Shown: positions 46,580 to 57,324, numbered from the stretch's first letter. The stretch is 64,000 bases of DNA from Thiohalomonas denitrificans (GCF_016841685.1 NZ_JAENYR010000010.1:3000-66999), one strand, 5' to 3'. A program made the numbers and translations. Notes: generated by a model not told the origin, from the letters alone.

Positions 46580-47389
46580 CTACCCCTTGAGCCGCTTGTC
46601 TTTCTCGATGAGGGCGTAGGCGGAGTGGTTGTGGATTGATTCGAAATTTTCCGACTCCACCACATACTGGGCGATGCGGTCGTCGGCATTCAGGCGCACG
46701 GCGATATCGCGGACGATGTCTTCCACGAATTTCGGATTGTCGTAGGCGCGCTCCGTCACCATCTTTTCATCCGGCCTCTTGAGCAGACCGTAGAGCTCGC
46801 AGGAGGCCTCGGACTCGACCAGGTCGATGATGTCCTCTATCCACACGAATCCGCGAGTTTCGACGGCAACCGTGACGTGGGAGCGTTGGTTATGGGCGCC
46901 CCGTTCGGAGATTTTCTTGGAGCAGGGACACAGGCTGGTGACCGGGACAATCACCTTCACCTTCAGCTTCGGTTCACCGTTGGCGACCTCGCCGATGAAG
47001 GTGACATCGTAGTCCATGAGGCTTTCAACACCCGAGACCGGCGCCTTCTTGTTCACGAAGTAGGGGAAGACCATCTCGATATGGCCCGCTTCGGCCTCTA
47101 GCAACCCGGTCATCTCCGACAGCATGTCCTTGAAGGACTCCACCGACAGTTCCCGCTCATGCCGATTGATAATCTCTACGAAGCGGGACATGTGCGTGCC
47201 CTTGAAATTATGGGGCAGGTTCACGTACATGTTGAAGTTGGCAATTGTGTGCTGTTCCCCGCCGCTACGGTCGCGGATCCGCACCGGATGGCGAATATCT
47301 TTGATGCCCACTTTGTTGATCGGAATGCGCCGGGTATCCTCGCTGCTCTGGACGTCGGCAATCGGCTGACAGGGTTTATTCATATTCAT
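46580..47389 (-). CDS. folE2: GTP cyclohydrolase IB
   Basis: [30 protein letters not shown] motifs. Confidence 0.96.
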   Translation of the reverse strand: MNMNKPCQPIADVQSSEDTRRIPINKVGIKDIRHPVRIRDRSGGEQHTIANFNMYVNLPHNFKGTHMSRFVEIINRHERELSVESFKDMLSEMTGLLEAEAGHIEMVFPYFVNKKAPVSGVESLMDYDVTFIGEVANGEPKLKVKVIVPVTSLCPCSKKISERGAHNQRSHVTVAVETRGFVWIEDIIDLVESEASCELYGLLKRPDEKMVTERAYDNPKFVEDIVRDIAVRLNADDRIAQYVVESENFESIHNHSAYALIEKDKRLKG

Positions 47390-47769
47390 CCTTCCTCGGT
47401 ATAGCGGACGCAGGCGCGCTCGGTCTCCCAAAGCGTAATGGCGCAGACCTTTACCCGTTCATCGTTTAACCGCTCCCCGACCTGCCGATAGATATAAGCC
47501 GCCATGTTTTCGGCAGTGGGATTGAGTTCGTCGAACGGTGGAACCTCGTTGAGATAACGGTGATCGAGTTCTTCAGTCACCTCACGGGCTGCCTGCTTGA
47601 TGGTCTTGAAATCGACGACCATACCCAGACGGTCCAGCGAGGGCGCGGCCACTTCCACTTCGACTTTCCAGTTGTGGCCATGTAGGCGCCGACAATCGCC
47701 CGGATACTCCCTCAACGAGTGGGCTGCGGCGAAGTCGGTTACCACCTTGAGCGTATATTGCGCCGTCAT
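47386..47769 (-). CDS. queD: 6-carboxy-5,6,7,8-tetrahydropterin synthase
   Basis: [31 protein letters not shown] motifs. Confidence 0.95.
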   Translation of the reverse strand: MTAQYTLKVVTDFAAAHSLREYPGDCRRLHGHNWKVEVEVAAPSLDRLGMVVDFKTIKQAAREVTEELDHRYLNEVPPFDELNPTAENMAAYIYRQVGERLNDERVKVCAITLWETERACVRYTEEG

Positions 47770-47793
47770 GCTGTTAAATAGTTGACTTAATCA

Positions 47794-49692
47794 CTAAGAA
47801 TTTACGCGGGTCGCCGGCGTTTGGCAAGCGTTGGTGGCAAGCCGTGCCTGAATTGCGCGGATTATACCATCGCGGTCCAGACCGCAGGCAGCGAGCAACT
47901 CTTCCCGTGTGCCCTGTTCGATAAAGACATCCGGCAATCCGAGTTGCAGCAACGGAGTCGCCACCGCGTGGGCGGCCAGGCATTCGCCAATCGCAGAACC
48001 CGCTCCGCCCATGACCGCATTGTCCTCAAGCGTAATCAGCAGGCCGTGGGAGGCCGCGGCCTCCAGGACCGCCTCCTCATCCAGGGGCTTGATGAAGCGC
48101 ATGTTGTAGACGCTGGCATCGAGCACTTCTGCCGCGGCGATGGCTTCCTGAACCAGGCTGCCGAACGCCAAAATGGCGATCTGCTTGCCCTGCCGGCGCC
48201 GTTCGGCCTTGCCGAGGGGAAGGGCTTCCATGACCTTATTCACGGCGAGGCCCGGTCCGGTGCCGCGCGGATAGCGCACAGCTGCCGGGCCGTTATGCAT
48301 GAACCCGGTATAGAGCATCTGCCGGCATTCGTTTTCGTCGCTGGCTGCCATGATGACCAGATTTGGGATACAGCGCAGAAAGCTGAGATCATAATTCCCG
48401 GAGTGCGTCGGACCGTCCGCACCCACCAGGCCGCCCCGATCGATGGCGAACAGCACCGGCAGGTTCTGCAGGGCGACATCGTGGATTACCTGGTCATAGG
48501 CGCGTTGCAGGAATGTCGAATAGATAGCCACCACCGGCTTGATGCCATCGCAGGCCAAACCCGCCGCCAATGTGACCGCGTGCTGCTCGGCGATGCCCAC
48601 ATCGATATATCGCTCCGGAAATTCCTCGGAGAACTTCACCAGCCCCGACCCTTCCCGCATGGCTGGCGTGATGCCGACCAGGCTGTCGTCTCTGGCGGCC
48701 ATATCGCACAGCCAGTCGCCGAACACCCGGGTGTAGGTGGGGCCTCTTCCGCTCCCCAGCATCTCGCCCGTTTCCGTATCAAAAGCTGAGACCCCGTGAT
48801 AGGCACACGGGTTCTCCTCGGCCGGTGCGAAGCCTTTGCCCTTGCGGGTGACCACGTGAAGGAATTGAGGTCCGGTCAGTGATTTCAGATTGCCGAGGGT
48901 TTTCACCAGGTTCTCGACATCGTGCCCGTCTACCGGGCCGATATAGTTGAAGCCGAGCTCCTCGAACAGCGTCCCCGGAACCACCATACCCTTGGCGTGT
49001 TCCTCGACGCGACGGGCCAGCTCCCACATGGGTGAGGGCATGGTCTGCAGGACCTTTTTGGAACCCTCGCGCATCGTAGAGTAGAACTTGCCGGAGAGCA
49101 TCCGTGCCAGGTAGTTGGAGAGACCGCCGACATTGGGCGAAATCGACATCTCGTTGTCGTTGAGTACTACCAGCAGATTGGCATCGAGGTCACCCGCATG
49201 GTTCAGCGCCTCAAAAGCCATGCCGGCGGTCATGGCCCCGTCGCCAATAACTGCAACCACCCGCCGGTCGGTATGCTGCTGTCGCGCAGCGAGCGCCATC
49301 CCGAGGGCTGCACTGACAGAGGTGCTGGAGTGCCCCACACCAAACGTGTCGTAGGGGCTCTCTTCGCGCTTGGGGAAGCCGGCGAGACCGTTCAGCTGTC
49401 GCAAAGTCGACATCTGCTTGCGGCGTCCTGTCAGGATCTTGTGAGGGTAGCTCTGGTGGCCGACATCCCAGACGATGCGATCGTCGGGAGTATCGAAGAC
49501 GTAGTGCAGGGCAATCGTGAGCTCAACCGCCCCCAATCCTGCCGACAAGTGGCCGCCGGTGCGGCCGATCGAGCCGATCATGAAGTTACGCAACTCCTCC
49601 GCCAACTGCTTGAGCTGCGGGGGAGATAACTCCTTCAGCTGATCGGGGTAGTCAATCTGATCGAGAAGGGAAGCGGCATTGTGATCGGGCAT
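47794..49692 (-). CDS. dxs: 1-deoxy-D-xylulose-5-phosphate synthase
   Basis: [41 protein letters not shown] motifs. Confidence 0.98.
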   Translation of the reverse strand: MPDHNAASLLDQIDYPDQLKELSPPQLKQLAEELRNFMIGSIGRTGGHLSAGLGAVELTIALHYVFDTPDDRIVWDVGHQSYPHKILTGRRKQMSTLRQLNGLAGFPKREESPYDTFGVGHSSTSVSAALGMALAARQQHTDRRVVAVIGDGAMTAGMAFEALNHAGDLDANLLVVLNDNEMSISPNVGGLSNYLARMLSGKFYSTMREGSKKVLQTMPSPMWELARRVEEHAKGMVVPGTLFEELGFNYIGPVDGHDVENLVKTLGNLKSLTGPQFLHVVTRKGKGFAPAEENPCAYHGVSAFDTETGEMLGSGRGPTYTRVFGDWLCDMAARDDSLVGITPAMREGSGLVKFSEEFPERYIDVGIAEQHAVTLAAGLACDGIKPVVAIYSTFLQRAYDQVIHDVALQNLPVLFAIDRGGLVGADGPTHSGNYDLSFLRCIPNLVIMAASDENECRQMLYTGFMHNGPAAVRYPRGTGPGLAVNKVMEALPLGKAERRRQGKQIAILAFGSLVQEAIAAAEVLDASVYNMRFIKPLDEEAVLEAAASHGLLITLEDNAVMGGAGSAIGECLAAHAVATPLLQLGLPDVFIEQGTREELLAACGLDRDGIIRAIQARLATNACQTPATRVNS

Positions 49693-49794
49693 TAGAGGGT
49701 ACTAGTGCGGAAAACCATTAATGATGGTACGGCCCGGGCGGGGTTGCAAGTCGGGATACTCCAGACGCCCGGCGTGTTGGAACCAGACATCGGT

Positions 49795-50679
49795 TCAGTT
49801 GGCCCGTTTGACAATATAGTCGGCCAGAGCTCTCAATGGATCAGCCGAAGGCCCGAATGGTTTCAGGTCATCAAGGGCTCGCCGATGCAGGGCCCGGGTC
49901 TTTTCCCTGGCACCCTCCAGGCCCAACAGTGCCGTGTAGGTCGGTTTCCGGCGTGCGGCGTCGGAGCCCTGGGGTTTGCCTAACGTCTCGGTGTCCGCCA
50001 CCACATCGAGGATATCGTCACGGATCTGAAACGCAAGCCCGATGGCCCGGGCGTAATCGTCAAGCCGCTCCAGGGTTTTCGGCACCACCGTCGACTGGCT
50101 CAGAACGCCCAGCCGGACGCCGGCCCGGATCAGGGCTCCGGTCTTATAGGCATGCATGGTCTCCAGCTGCTCCAGCGTGAGCTGTTGACCCACCGCTTCC
50201 ATATCGATGGCCTGCCCGCCGCACATCCCGCGGGATCCGGCAGCGAAGGCCAGTTCCCGAACCATCGCCATACGCACGGCCGCATTCCCGGCGGTGCACT
50301 CCGCGAGAACTTCAAAGGCCAGCGACTGCAGAGCATCGCCCGCCAGTATGGCCGTGGCCTCGCCGAACGCCTTGTGACAGGTGGGCTTCCCCCGGCGAAG
50401 GTCGTCGTCATCCATGGCCGGCAGGTCATCGTGAACAAGAGAGTAGGCGTGGATCAGTTCGACAGCGGCCGCGGGGGCATCGAGTTCCGACGGCGGCGTC
50501 CCCACGACCTGTCCGGCGGCATACACGAGTACCGCTCGTACCCGTTTGCCGCCGCCGAGGGCCGCATAACGCATCGCTTCGTGAAGATATCCCGGGAGGT
50601 CATCCGGAGACGGCAATGACCTTTCCAGAACTGCCTCGGTCCGCTCCCGATAATCCCCAAGAAGCTGTTCAATAACCAT
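49795..50679 (-). CDS. ispA: Farnesyl diphosphate synthase
   Basis: GGKRVR, SLVHDDLPAMDDDDLRRGKPT, AFQIRDDILD motifs. Confidence 0.96.
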   Translation of the reverse strand: MVIEQLLGDYRERTEAVLERSLPSPDDLPGYLHEAMRYAALGGGKRVRAVLVYAAGQVVGTPPSELDAPAAAVELIHAYSLVHDDLPAMDDDDLRRGKPTCHKAFGEATAILAGDALQSLAFEVLAECTAGNAAVRMAMVRELAFAAGSRGMCGGQAIDMEAVGQQLTLEQLETMHAYKTGALIRAGVRLGVLSQSTVVPKTLERLDDYARAIGLAFQIRDDILDVVADTETLGKPQGSDAARRKPTYTALLGLEGAREKTRALHRRALDDLKPFGPSADPLRALADYIVKRAN

Positions 50680-50685
50680 CAGCGG

Positions 50686-50928
50686 CTACTCGTCACTGCC
50701 TTCGAAAGGCTCCAGCGGTTCACCATCGTTCTTCTCGACCAGTTGCTGCACCTTCTGTTCCGCGTCCTGAAGCGCCTTCTGGCAGGCCCGGGTCAGTTCA
50801 ATGCCTCGCTCGAAGTCTCTTAGAGAATCCTCCAGGGTGAGGTCGCCGTGCTCCATCCGCTCGACCAGCTGCTCCAGCTCCTCGAGCGACTTCTCGAAAT
50901 CGAACCGATCACTGTTGGTCTTTGCCAC
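50686..50928 (-). CDS. xseB: Exodeoxyribonuclease VII small subunit
   Basis: FEKSLEELE...LEDSL..FERG...CQKAL..AEQKV; xseB-ispA-dxs synteny. Confidence 0.95.
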   Translation of the reverse strand: MAKTNSDRFDFEKSLEELEQLVERMEHGDLTLEDSLRDFERGIELTRACQKALQDAEQKVQQLVEKNDGEPLEPFEGSDE

Positions 50929-51004
50929 AGGGCTGCTCCTGGTGGGAATCGTGTGCAGTCGATTATCTCACGGGCGGGGCGCGGCCGGCAGTTCCAACCG
51001 CACC

Positions 51005-51037
51005 AACAAAAAGCCGCCGGACGGGGCCGGCGGCTCG
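51005..51037 (-). terminator. Terminator after tRNA-Glu
   Basis: Minus strand AGCCGCCGG-CCCCGT-CCGGCGGCT-TTTTGTTG. Confidence 0.7.
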
Positions 51038-51041
51038 GATT

Positions 51042-51117
51042 TGGTGCTCCCAAGGGGAATCGAACCCCTGTTACCGACGTGAGAGGCCGGCGTCCTGGAC
51101 CGCTAGACGATGGGAGC
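51042..51117 (-). tRNA. tRNA-Glu(CUC)
   Basis: 76 nt GCTCCCATCGTCTAGCGGTCCAGGACGCCGGCCTCTCACGTCGGTAACAGGGGTTCGATTCCCCTTGGGAGCACCA; anticodon loop CT-CTC-AC; encoded CCA. Confidence 0.96.
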
Positions 51118-51174
51118 AAATTTCGCGTGACGACCCCTTACTGTCGTCCCCGAAGAGCGTGCTATTATACGCGC

Positions 51175-52533
51175 ATGTTTTCTTGGCTCAAGCGTTCTAT
51201 TCAAAAACTCACGGTCCCTACCGCAACAGTGACCGAGGATCCGCAACCGGTAGTCATTCCGCGTTCCGGGCACATCATCTCCCGCTCGAATATCAGCGAG
51301 AATGCTCTGAAGGTGCTCTACCGCCTGCGCAAGGCCGGCTATCAGAGCTTTCTGGTAGGAGGGGGCGTGCGCGATCTGCTGTTGGGCCGGGAGCCCAAGG
51401 ATTTCGACATCGCCACGGATGCCCACCCGGAGGAAGTGAAGGACCTGTTCCGAAACTGCCGGCTTATTGGACGCCGTTTCCGTCTGGCGCACGTCCATTT
51501 CGGGCGCGAAATCATCGAGGTGGCCACCTTCCGTACTTCCCATGACGGCTCGGCCAAGGAGGGGCGGAGCGAGGGCGGCATGATCGTCCGCGACAACGTC
51601 TATGGGAGTGTCGAGGATGATGCCTGGCGGCGCGACTTCACGATAAATGCTCTTTATTATGATATCGCTGATTTCTCGGTGGTGGATTACACCGGTGGCA
51701 TGGCGGATCTGAGGGCCGGCCGCCTGCGGATCATCGGCGACCCGATGGAGCGCTATCGGGAGGACCCGGTACGCATGCTGCGGGCCGTGCGCTTTGCCGC
51801 AAAGCTGGGCTTCCGTATCGACGAAGCGAGCGAAGCGGCGATCATCGCGCTCGGTGCGGCCTTGCGGGACGTTCCGCCGGCGCGCCTGTTCGATGAGGTG
51901 CTGAAGCTCTTCATGAGCGGCTACGGGGTAGAGACCTACGAACTTCTGCGCCACTACCGGCTGTTTGGCGAATTGTTTCCCGACACCGAAGGCGCACTTG
52001 CCCACGAGCAGGAATACTTCCCACACACCCTGATCGCGCGCGCCCTCACCAATACCGATGAGCGCATCGCTGCCGGCCGGCCGGTGACACCCGCCTTTCT
52101 GTTTGCCGCCCTGCTTTGGGATACTGCCAGCGAACGCGCGGCGCATCTGCGGGAAGAGGGACGTTCGCCTATCGAGGCGATACAGATGGCCGGGGATGCG
52201 GCCGTTGCCCATCAGGTCGAGCGGGTAGCGTTTCCCAAGCGCTTTTCGCTCCAGTCGCGAGAGATCTGGGCCATGCAGGAGCGCCTGACCAAGCGTGGGG
52301 GCGGTGCGCCGTTCCGCCTGCTCGGGCATCCCCGTTTTCGGGCTGCCTACGACTTCCTGCTGCTGAGGGCCCAAAGCGGCGAGGATGTGGAAGAGCTCGC
52401 CGATTGGTGGACCCGCTTTCAGGAAGCCGATGAAGAGGAGCGCGGGGAGATGACCCGGGCGTTCCGCACCAAGGGCAAGCGGCGTCGTCGGCGGCGCGGC
52501 AAGCCAAAACAGACCCAGCAGCAACAGTCCTGA
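51175..52533 (+). CDS. pcnB: Poly(A) polymerase I
   Basis: VGGGVRDLLLG..PKDFDIAT, RLIGRRF.LAHV, RRDFTINALYY, EDPVRMLRA, HPRFRAAYDF, basic tail. Confidence 0.96.
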   Translation: MFSWLKRSIQKLTVPTATVTEDPQPVVIPRSGHIISRSNISENALKVLYRLRKAGYQSFLVGGGVRDLLLGREPKDFDIATDAHPEEVKDLFRNCRLIGRRFRLAHVHFGREIIEVATFRTSHDGSAKEGRSEGGMIVRDNVYGSVEDDAWRRDFTINALYYDIADFSVVDYTGGMADLRAGRLRIIGDPMERYREDPVRMLRAVRFAAKLGFRIDEASEAAIIALGAALRDVPPARLFDEVLKLFMSGYGVETYELLRHYRLFGELFPDTEGALAHEQEYFPHTLIARALTNTDERIAAGRPVTPAFLFAALLWDTASERAAHLREEGRSPIEAIQMAGDAAVAHQVERVAFPKRFSLQSREIWAMQERLTKRGGGAPFRLLGHPRFRAAYDFLLLRAQSGEDVEELADWWTRFQEADEEERGEMTRAFRTKGKRRRRRRGKPKQTQQQQS

Positions 52534-52593
52534 TTGTTCACCACGGCGCTTCATGGAACGGTTTCGGGTTCATCTAGCCCGGAGAATTCACGA

Positions 52594-52739
52594 ATTCACC
52601 GCAAAGACGCGAAGAGCGCAAAGAATTCAATCGCTTATCGGCATACATAACCGAAAACAACGGAAACGACAGAACCGCGGCAATAATGCAAGATGCATCG
52701 TATTCAAAGCTTTGCGTCCTTTGCGTCTTTGCGGTGAAT
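52594..52739. repeat. Family C inverted repeat (CACCGCAAAGxCGC...GCGxCTTTGCGGTG)
   Basis: attcaccgcaaagacgcgaagagcgcaaag / ctttgcgtcctttgcgtctttgcggtgaat; also at 62132-62261, with half-units at 40546, 55246 and 63232. Confidence 0.75.
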
Positions 52740-52830
52740 AATCTGGGCTAAACAAATGTACGGCAAATGGCCCCGGGCCCGGCCAGCTGTTGCCGTTTAC
52801 TGCATCGGTGAATCATCCGGATTTGAAGCG

Positions 52831-53361
52831 ATGTCTCGAACCGTTATCGCCTACGTGGGGCTAGGCAGCAATCTCGGCGAGCCGGCGGACCAGGTTGAAC
52901 GTGCTTTTGCCGGCCTCGATGGTATCGAAGGTGCACGCCTGGTAGCGGTATCGCCGCTCTACCGCAGTGCCCCGATGGGGCCGACCGGACAACCGGACTA
53001 TATCAATGCCGTCGCCGCACTGGAGACGAGACTGGAGCCCGAGGCGCTGCTCGACGCCCTGCAGGCCATCGAACAACGACACCAACGGGTGCGTACCGTC
53101 CGTTGGGGTCCGAGAACGCTCGATTTGGATCTGCTGCTCTATGGCGATGAGACAGTCGCCACCGAACGCCTGAGCGTTCCCCATCCGGGACTGCCCGAGC
53201 GCGCCTTCGTGCTCTACCCGCTGACCGATATCGCCCCCGAGCTGCGCCTTCCGGGCGGCACGCCACTCGTGCAACTGCTGCGGCAATGCCCATCGGAGGG
53301 CATCCAGCGGCTGGACCGCCGTAAACACACGGCGGACCCGTGCAGCAACACCCGTAAGTAG
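52831..53361 (+). CDS. folK: 2-amino-4-hydroxy-6-hydroxymethyldihydropteridine diphosphokinase
   Basis: AYVGLGSNLG, YINAV, RWGPRTLDLDLL, PHP...RAFVL motifs. Confidence 0.96.
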   Translation: MSRTVIAYVGLGSNLGEPADQVERAFAGLDGIEGARLVAVSPLYRSAPMGPTGQPDYINAVAALETRLEPEALLDALQAIEQRHQRVRTVRWGPRTLDLDLLLYGDETVATERLSVPHPGLPERAFVLYPLTDIAPELRLPGGTPLVQLLRQCPSEGIQRLDRRKHTADPCSNTRK

Positions 53362-53524
53362 GATGGCGCGTTTTGCTGTTTGGCAGCAGATGCCGCATAC
53401 GGCAATATCTCTCCGCCTGCGTAGGCGGTCCGCCCCCGGGCGCGATGGGTACTGCCGTGCGGGCATTCTCTCTGACGGTGTACTGCTGTTTCGCTGCAGC
53501 GGCTTCCCATTGCAGATAGGGCCG

Positions 53525-53650
53525 GGGCAACCGCATACGGTTCTGGAGCAATGTAAGTCCTTGAAAGCGGGTCGTTTGCCGCATGGAAGCGGCAATCGGG
53601 CCTACAGGGGTGTATTCACGCTGTACCCGCTTTCAAGGACTTGCATCGCT
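53525..53650 (+). repeat. Family A repeat copy 5 (short)
   Basis: gggcaaccgc end; inverted pair atgtaagtccttgaaagcgggt / acccgctttcaaggacttgcat; cctacagggg module. Confidence 0.7.
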
Positions 53651-53760
53651 TTCCCCCTTTCGGAATCTAAGTCGGTGTTCACCCTGGCCAAATGGCCCGG
53701 TTGCGGGACGGTCGAGAAGGCCCGTGCTATTCTGTTGGCCGGGTTTTCCGGAGCGCGGAT

Positions 53761-54420
53761 ATGTCGGGAAGGATGAAAAATACGCATCGGTTTATCGTGG
53801 TCGAGGGGCCCATCGGTGTTGGCAAGACAACGCTGGCCCGGCGCCTGGCTGAGAGCTTCGGCAGCAAACTGTTGCTGGAAGGAGCGGAAGAGAATCCCTT
53901 TCTTGAGCGGTTCTATCGGGATCCGCGCAATGCCGCGCTGCCGACCCAGATGTTCTTTCTGTTTCAGCGCGCTCGTCAAATCCAGGAACTGCGGCAGACA
54001 GACCTCTTCGAGCCCGTTCGGGTGGCGGATTTCATGCTGGAGAAGGACCGGCTGTTCGCCGAACTCATCCTCGATCCGGACGAGCTGCGGCTTTATGAGC
54101 AGGCCTATGAATACCTGACGCTGGACGCACCGCAACCGGATCTGGTGATCTACCTTCAGGCCCCGGTGGGGATCCTCCAGGAGCGTATCGCGCGGCGCTC
54201 ACGGCCCGGGGAACATCAGGTCACGACCGAGTACCTGAGGCAGGTAGTGGAGGCGTATGCAGCGTTTTTCTATCACTATGATGCATCGCCGCTCCTGATC
54301 ATCAATGCCGCCGAGATCGATTGGGTCGATCGGGAAGAGGATTACCACCTGCTTCTCGAGCAGATACAGTGCACCCGATCCGGTCGCCATTTTTTCAATC
54401 CGATGCCAATAATGGTTTAA
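53761..54420 (+). CDS. Deoxynucleoside kinase
   Basis: IVVEGPIGVGKTT P-loop, NPFLERFY, PDLVIYLQA motifs. Confidence 0.93.
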   Translation: MSGRMKNTHRFIVVEGPIGVGKTTLARRLAESFGSKLLLEGAEENPFLERFYRDPRNAALPTQMFFLFQRARQIQELRQTDLFEPVRVADFMLEKDRLFAELILDPDELRLYEQAYEYLTLDAPQPDLVIYLQAPVGILQERIARRSRPGEHQVTTEYLRQVVEAYAAFFYHYDASPLLIINAAEIDWVDREEDYHLLLEQIQCTRSGRHFFNPMPIMV

Positions 54421-54422
54421 CC

Positions 54423-55217
54423 ATGAGCCGAGTGACCGTGAGCCGCCTGCGCCGGATGAAGCAGGCGGGCGAGAAAATTGTTTCGTTGACCGCCTATGAC
54501 GCGAGTTTCGCATGGCTGATCGAGGATGCGGGAGTCGAAGTCATCCTGGTCGGCGATTCCCTGGGAATGGTTTTTCAGGGGTGGGACAGCACCATTCCGG
54601 TTACGCTGGATGACATGGTCTATCACACCCGGGCGGTCAGCCGTGGCACTCGGGAATCCCTGTTGATCGCCGATATGCCTTTTGCCAGCTACGGAAGCAC
54701 CGAGCAGGCCCTGGCGAGCGCAGCGCGGCTCATGCAGGAGGGTGGCGCACAGATGGTCAAGCTGGAGGTCACCGGCGAAATGACCGAAATCGTGCGTTTC
54801 CTTGCCCAGCGCGGTGTACCCGTTTGCGCCCATTTGGGCCTTTTGCCGCAGACCGTACACAAACTCGGGGGCTACAAGGTTCAGGGGCGCGGAGAGGCCG
54901 GCGAGGCCCTCATTCGGGATGCCCTGGCCATGGAGGCCGCCGGGGCGGACCTGATTGTAGCGGAACTGATCCCTGTGGAAGTGGCCAAACGGCTTTCGGA
55001 GAGCGTCTCCATCCCTGTGATTGGTATTGGCGCAGGTGTGGATTGCGACGGCCAGGTACTGGTGCTCTACGACATGTTGGGAATCACGCCGGGCAAGCGG
55101 CCGCGCTTCTCCAAGGATTTTCTGCAGGAAGCCGGCTCGGTTTCGGCGGCCCTGCGCGTCTATGTCGAGTCGGTCAAGGAGCGCCGTTTCCCGGGGCCTG
55201 AACATCGGATTGCCTGA
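54423..55217 (+). CDS. panB: 3-methyl-2-oxobutanoate hydroxymethyltransferase
   Basis: LTAYD, LVGDSLGM, ADMPF, AHLGLLPQ, GIGAG..CDGQVLV motifs. Confidence 0.97.
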   Translation: MSRVTVSRLRRMKQAGEKIVSLTAYDASFAWLIEDAGVEVILVGDSLGMVFQGWDSTIPVTLDDMVYHTRAVSRGTRESLLIADMPFASYGSTEQALASAARLMQEGGAQMVKLEVTGEMTEIVRFLAQRGVPVCAHLGLLPQTVHKLGGYKVQGRGEAGEALIRDALAMEAAGADLIVAELIPVEVAKRLSESVSIPVIGIGAGVDCDGQVLVLYDMLGITPGKRPRFSKDFLQEAGSVSAALRVYVESVKERRFPGPEHRIA

Positions 55218-55420
55218 CGATTCGAAAAACCGGTTTCAAACCGGCAAGGCGCCAAGAGCGCAAAGGGTGACTCGGTCATTGCGGCTTTCGCCCCTTCTAT
55301 CCGGATAATTTCGGCGGCTCGGGGTGCCGGGCAGTGCGGTAGGTCAACCGCAAAGGGTGATTCGGGTTCCATCGCGGCTCTGCCGCTCCTACAGGCTTTC
55401 TCGAGGGTAAAACAGGACTT

Positions 55421-56269
55421 ATGCAGTCGCTGAATGCTATTGCCGACGTTCGATGTCAGGTGGCCGACTGGCACCGGGCGGGCGAGCGCGTTGCGCTGGT
55501 GCCTACCATGGGCAATCTCCATGAAGGTCATCTGGTGCTGGTGGACAGGGCCCGCGAACAGGCGGATCGGGTCGTGGTGAGTGTCTTCGTCAATCCGACC
55601 CAGTTCGTGCAGGGGGAGGATTTCGACAGTTACCCTCGCACTCCCGGGGAGGATGCCGAGTTGCTTCGGGTTCGGCGGGCAGATGTGATGTTTTTGCCGG
55701 AAGAGGCGGAGATTTATCCGCGCGGCCGGGAGGGGAACAGCTTCGTTGAGGTGCCCGGCATCTCGGAACAGTTGTGCGGCGCCTCCCGGCCGGGGCATTT
55801 TCGCGGGGTGGCCACGGTGGTTATGAAGCTGTTCAATATCGTTCAACCGGATGTGGCCATCTTCGGAGAGAAGGATTTTCAGCAGCTTGCGGTGTTGAGA
55901 CGAATGGCCGAGGACCTTTCGATGGCGGTGAAGCTGGTGGGTGTGCCTACCCTCCGGGAAACGGACGGATTGGCGATGAGCTCCCGTAACCGCTACCTTT
56001 CGCCTAACGAGCGGCAGAAGGCGCCGGCACTCTATCGAATGCTGAAGGGACTCGCGGCACGTATCGAATCCGGGGAACGCGATATCATGAGACTGGAAGG
56101 AGAGGGGATGGCCCGCCTGGCCGAGGCCGGTTTTGAGCCGGAATATGTCAGCGTGCGGCGTGCCGACGACCTTCAGCTGCCTCGTGGTGACGAAAACGCC
56201 CTGGTGTTACTGGCAGCAGCCCGGCTCGGTCGGGCGCGATTGATTGACAACCTGAAATTGACTGTCTGA
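55421..56269 (+). CDS. panC: Pantoate-beta-alanine ligase
   Basis: VPTMGNLHEGH, FVNPTQF, RPGHFRGV, FGEKD, GLAMSSRN, RLIDN motifs. Confidence 0.98.
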   Translation: MQSLNAIADVRCQVADWHRAGERVALVPTMGNLHEGHLVLVDRAREQADRVVVSVFVNPTQFVQGEDFDSYPRTPGEDAELLRVRRADVMFLPEEAEIYPRGREGNSFVEVPGISEQLCGASRPGHFRGVATVVMKLFNIVQPDVAIFGEKDFQQLAVLRRMAEDLSMAVKLVGVPTLRETDGLAMSSRNRYLSPNERQKAPALYRMLKGLAARIESGERDIMRLEGEGMARLAEAGFEPEYVSVRRADDLQLPRGDENALVLLAAARLGRARLIDNLKLTV

Positions 56270-56358
56270 TCTGAAATCAGCTACCCAAGGCGCAGTGTAC
56301 GTGACCTTTGTGGAGTGGTGGTTCGACTTGTCCGGCATTGCAGGGCATAAACGCACGC

Positions 56359-56592
56359 CTACATTTTTGGTACCGGTGCGCGAACCAAGGCCTTGATAGC
56401 AGGTACGCTGTGAATACGACCTACAGGGGTGTAGGAGGTGAAGAGTATGCAGGAGCAATCATCTTTTATCCGTGGGCAGCATCCCTCGACAAGTGTGCTC
56501 CTGCATTGTCTAACACCGCCATCCCTGGCGGCGTGCTGCCGACGGCCTGCCATCAAGGACCTGCACCGCTCGTTTCAAAGTTGCGGTTGTCC
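56359..56592 (-). repeat. Family A repeat copy 6 (between panC and panD)
   Basis: acatttttggt...gaatacgacctacagggg tgtaggag gtgaagag...gcggttgtcc closely matches copy 4. Confidence 0.85.
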
Positions 56593-56661
56593 TGTCCGAC
56601 ATTGAACATATGGGCTGAAATCCGCATAATTACGCCCTTCCGTGACGTAGGGAGCTGAACC

Positions 56662-57042
56662 ATGTTTTGTACCATGCTCAAAGCCAAGTTGCATCGGGCC
56701 CGGGTGACTCACTCCGAGCTCGACTACGAGGGCTCCTGCGCGATTGACGGGAAACTGCTGGAATTGTCGGGGATCCGGGAGTATGAGCAGATCGAGATCT
56801 ACAACGTGACCAACGGCGAGCGCTTCACCACGTATGCCATCCGTGCCGAGGACGGCTCGGGGGTCATCTCCGTTAATGGGGCCGCGGCCCACAAGGCATC
56901 ACCCGGGGACGTCACCATTATCTGCGCTTATGTCGCTCTCAACCAGCAGGAGCTGGTGAGCTATAAGCCGAAACTGGTCTATCTGGACGAAGAAAACAGT
57001 GTCACGCACTGCGCCAACACCATCCCTGTCCAGGCCGCCTGA
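56662..57042 (+). CDS. panD: Aspartate 1-decarboxylase
   Basis: [30 protein letters not shown] motifs. Confidence 0.98.
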   Translation: MFCTMLKAKLHRARVTHSELDYEGSCAIDGKLLELSGIREYEQIEIYNVTNGERFTTYAIRAEDGSGVISVNGAAAHKASPGDVTIICAYVALNQQELVSYKPKLVYLDEENSVTHCANTIPVQAA

Positions 57043-57069
57043 AGGCCCCCGACCCTTTTGCCCGCCTGT

Positions 57070-57324
57070 TCATCCAGAAAAGTACTGCTCTGACGTTATT
57101 CTCAAGTTGCGGTGAGCTTCGCGCATGATTGATTTCGCCCGCGCCGGCAAGCAATCCTCACGCCACAGACAGTTCCATTGCCGGCAGACATCCTCACCGG
57201 GTCGACCGAAGCACTCGGCGTGGCCTTCTTTCCGTTGCAGGATGCGTACCAATTCTATTTTGCGCATGTTATCCGCCACTATCCCGCCCTCCCGGGCCAG
57301 GGCGCGAACCGCTTCCAGTCGCAT
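57070..57324 (-). CDS. Small SAP/Rho-N-like helical protein with Cys-rich tail
   Basis: MRLEAVRALA..GI....RKIELVRILQRKEGHAECF...CRQWNCLWREDC. Confidence 0.65.
   Translation of the reverse strand: MRLEAVRALAREGGIVADNMRKIELVRILQRKEGHAECFGRPGEDVCRQWNCLWREDCLPARAKSIMREAHRNLRITSEQYFSG

Noticed and set aside
51042-51117. tRNA as an island integration site
   Set aside because: No integrase, no duplicated tRNA 3' end and housekeeping genes on both sides
50848-51174. Long N-terminal extension of the pcnB ORF overlapping xseB and the tRNA
   Set aside because: It overlaps a clear tRNA and xseB on the opposite strand; the start is better placed at ATG 51175
53363-53776. 137-aa ORF between folK and the deoxynucleoside kinase
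   Set aside because: It runs through a family A repeat and has non-protein-like composition
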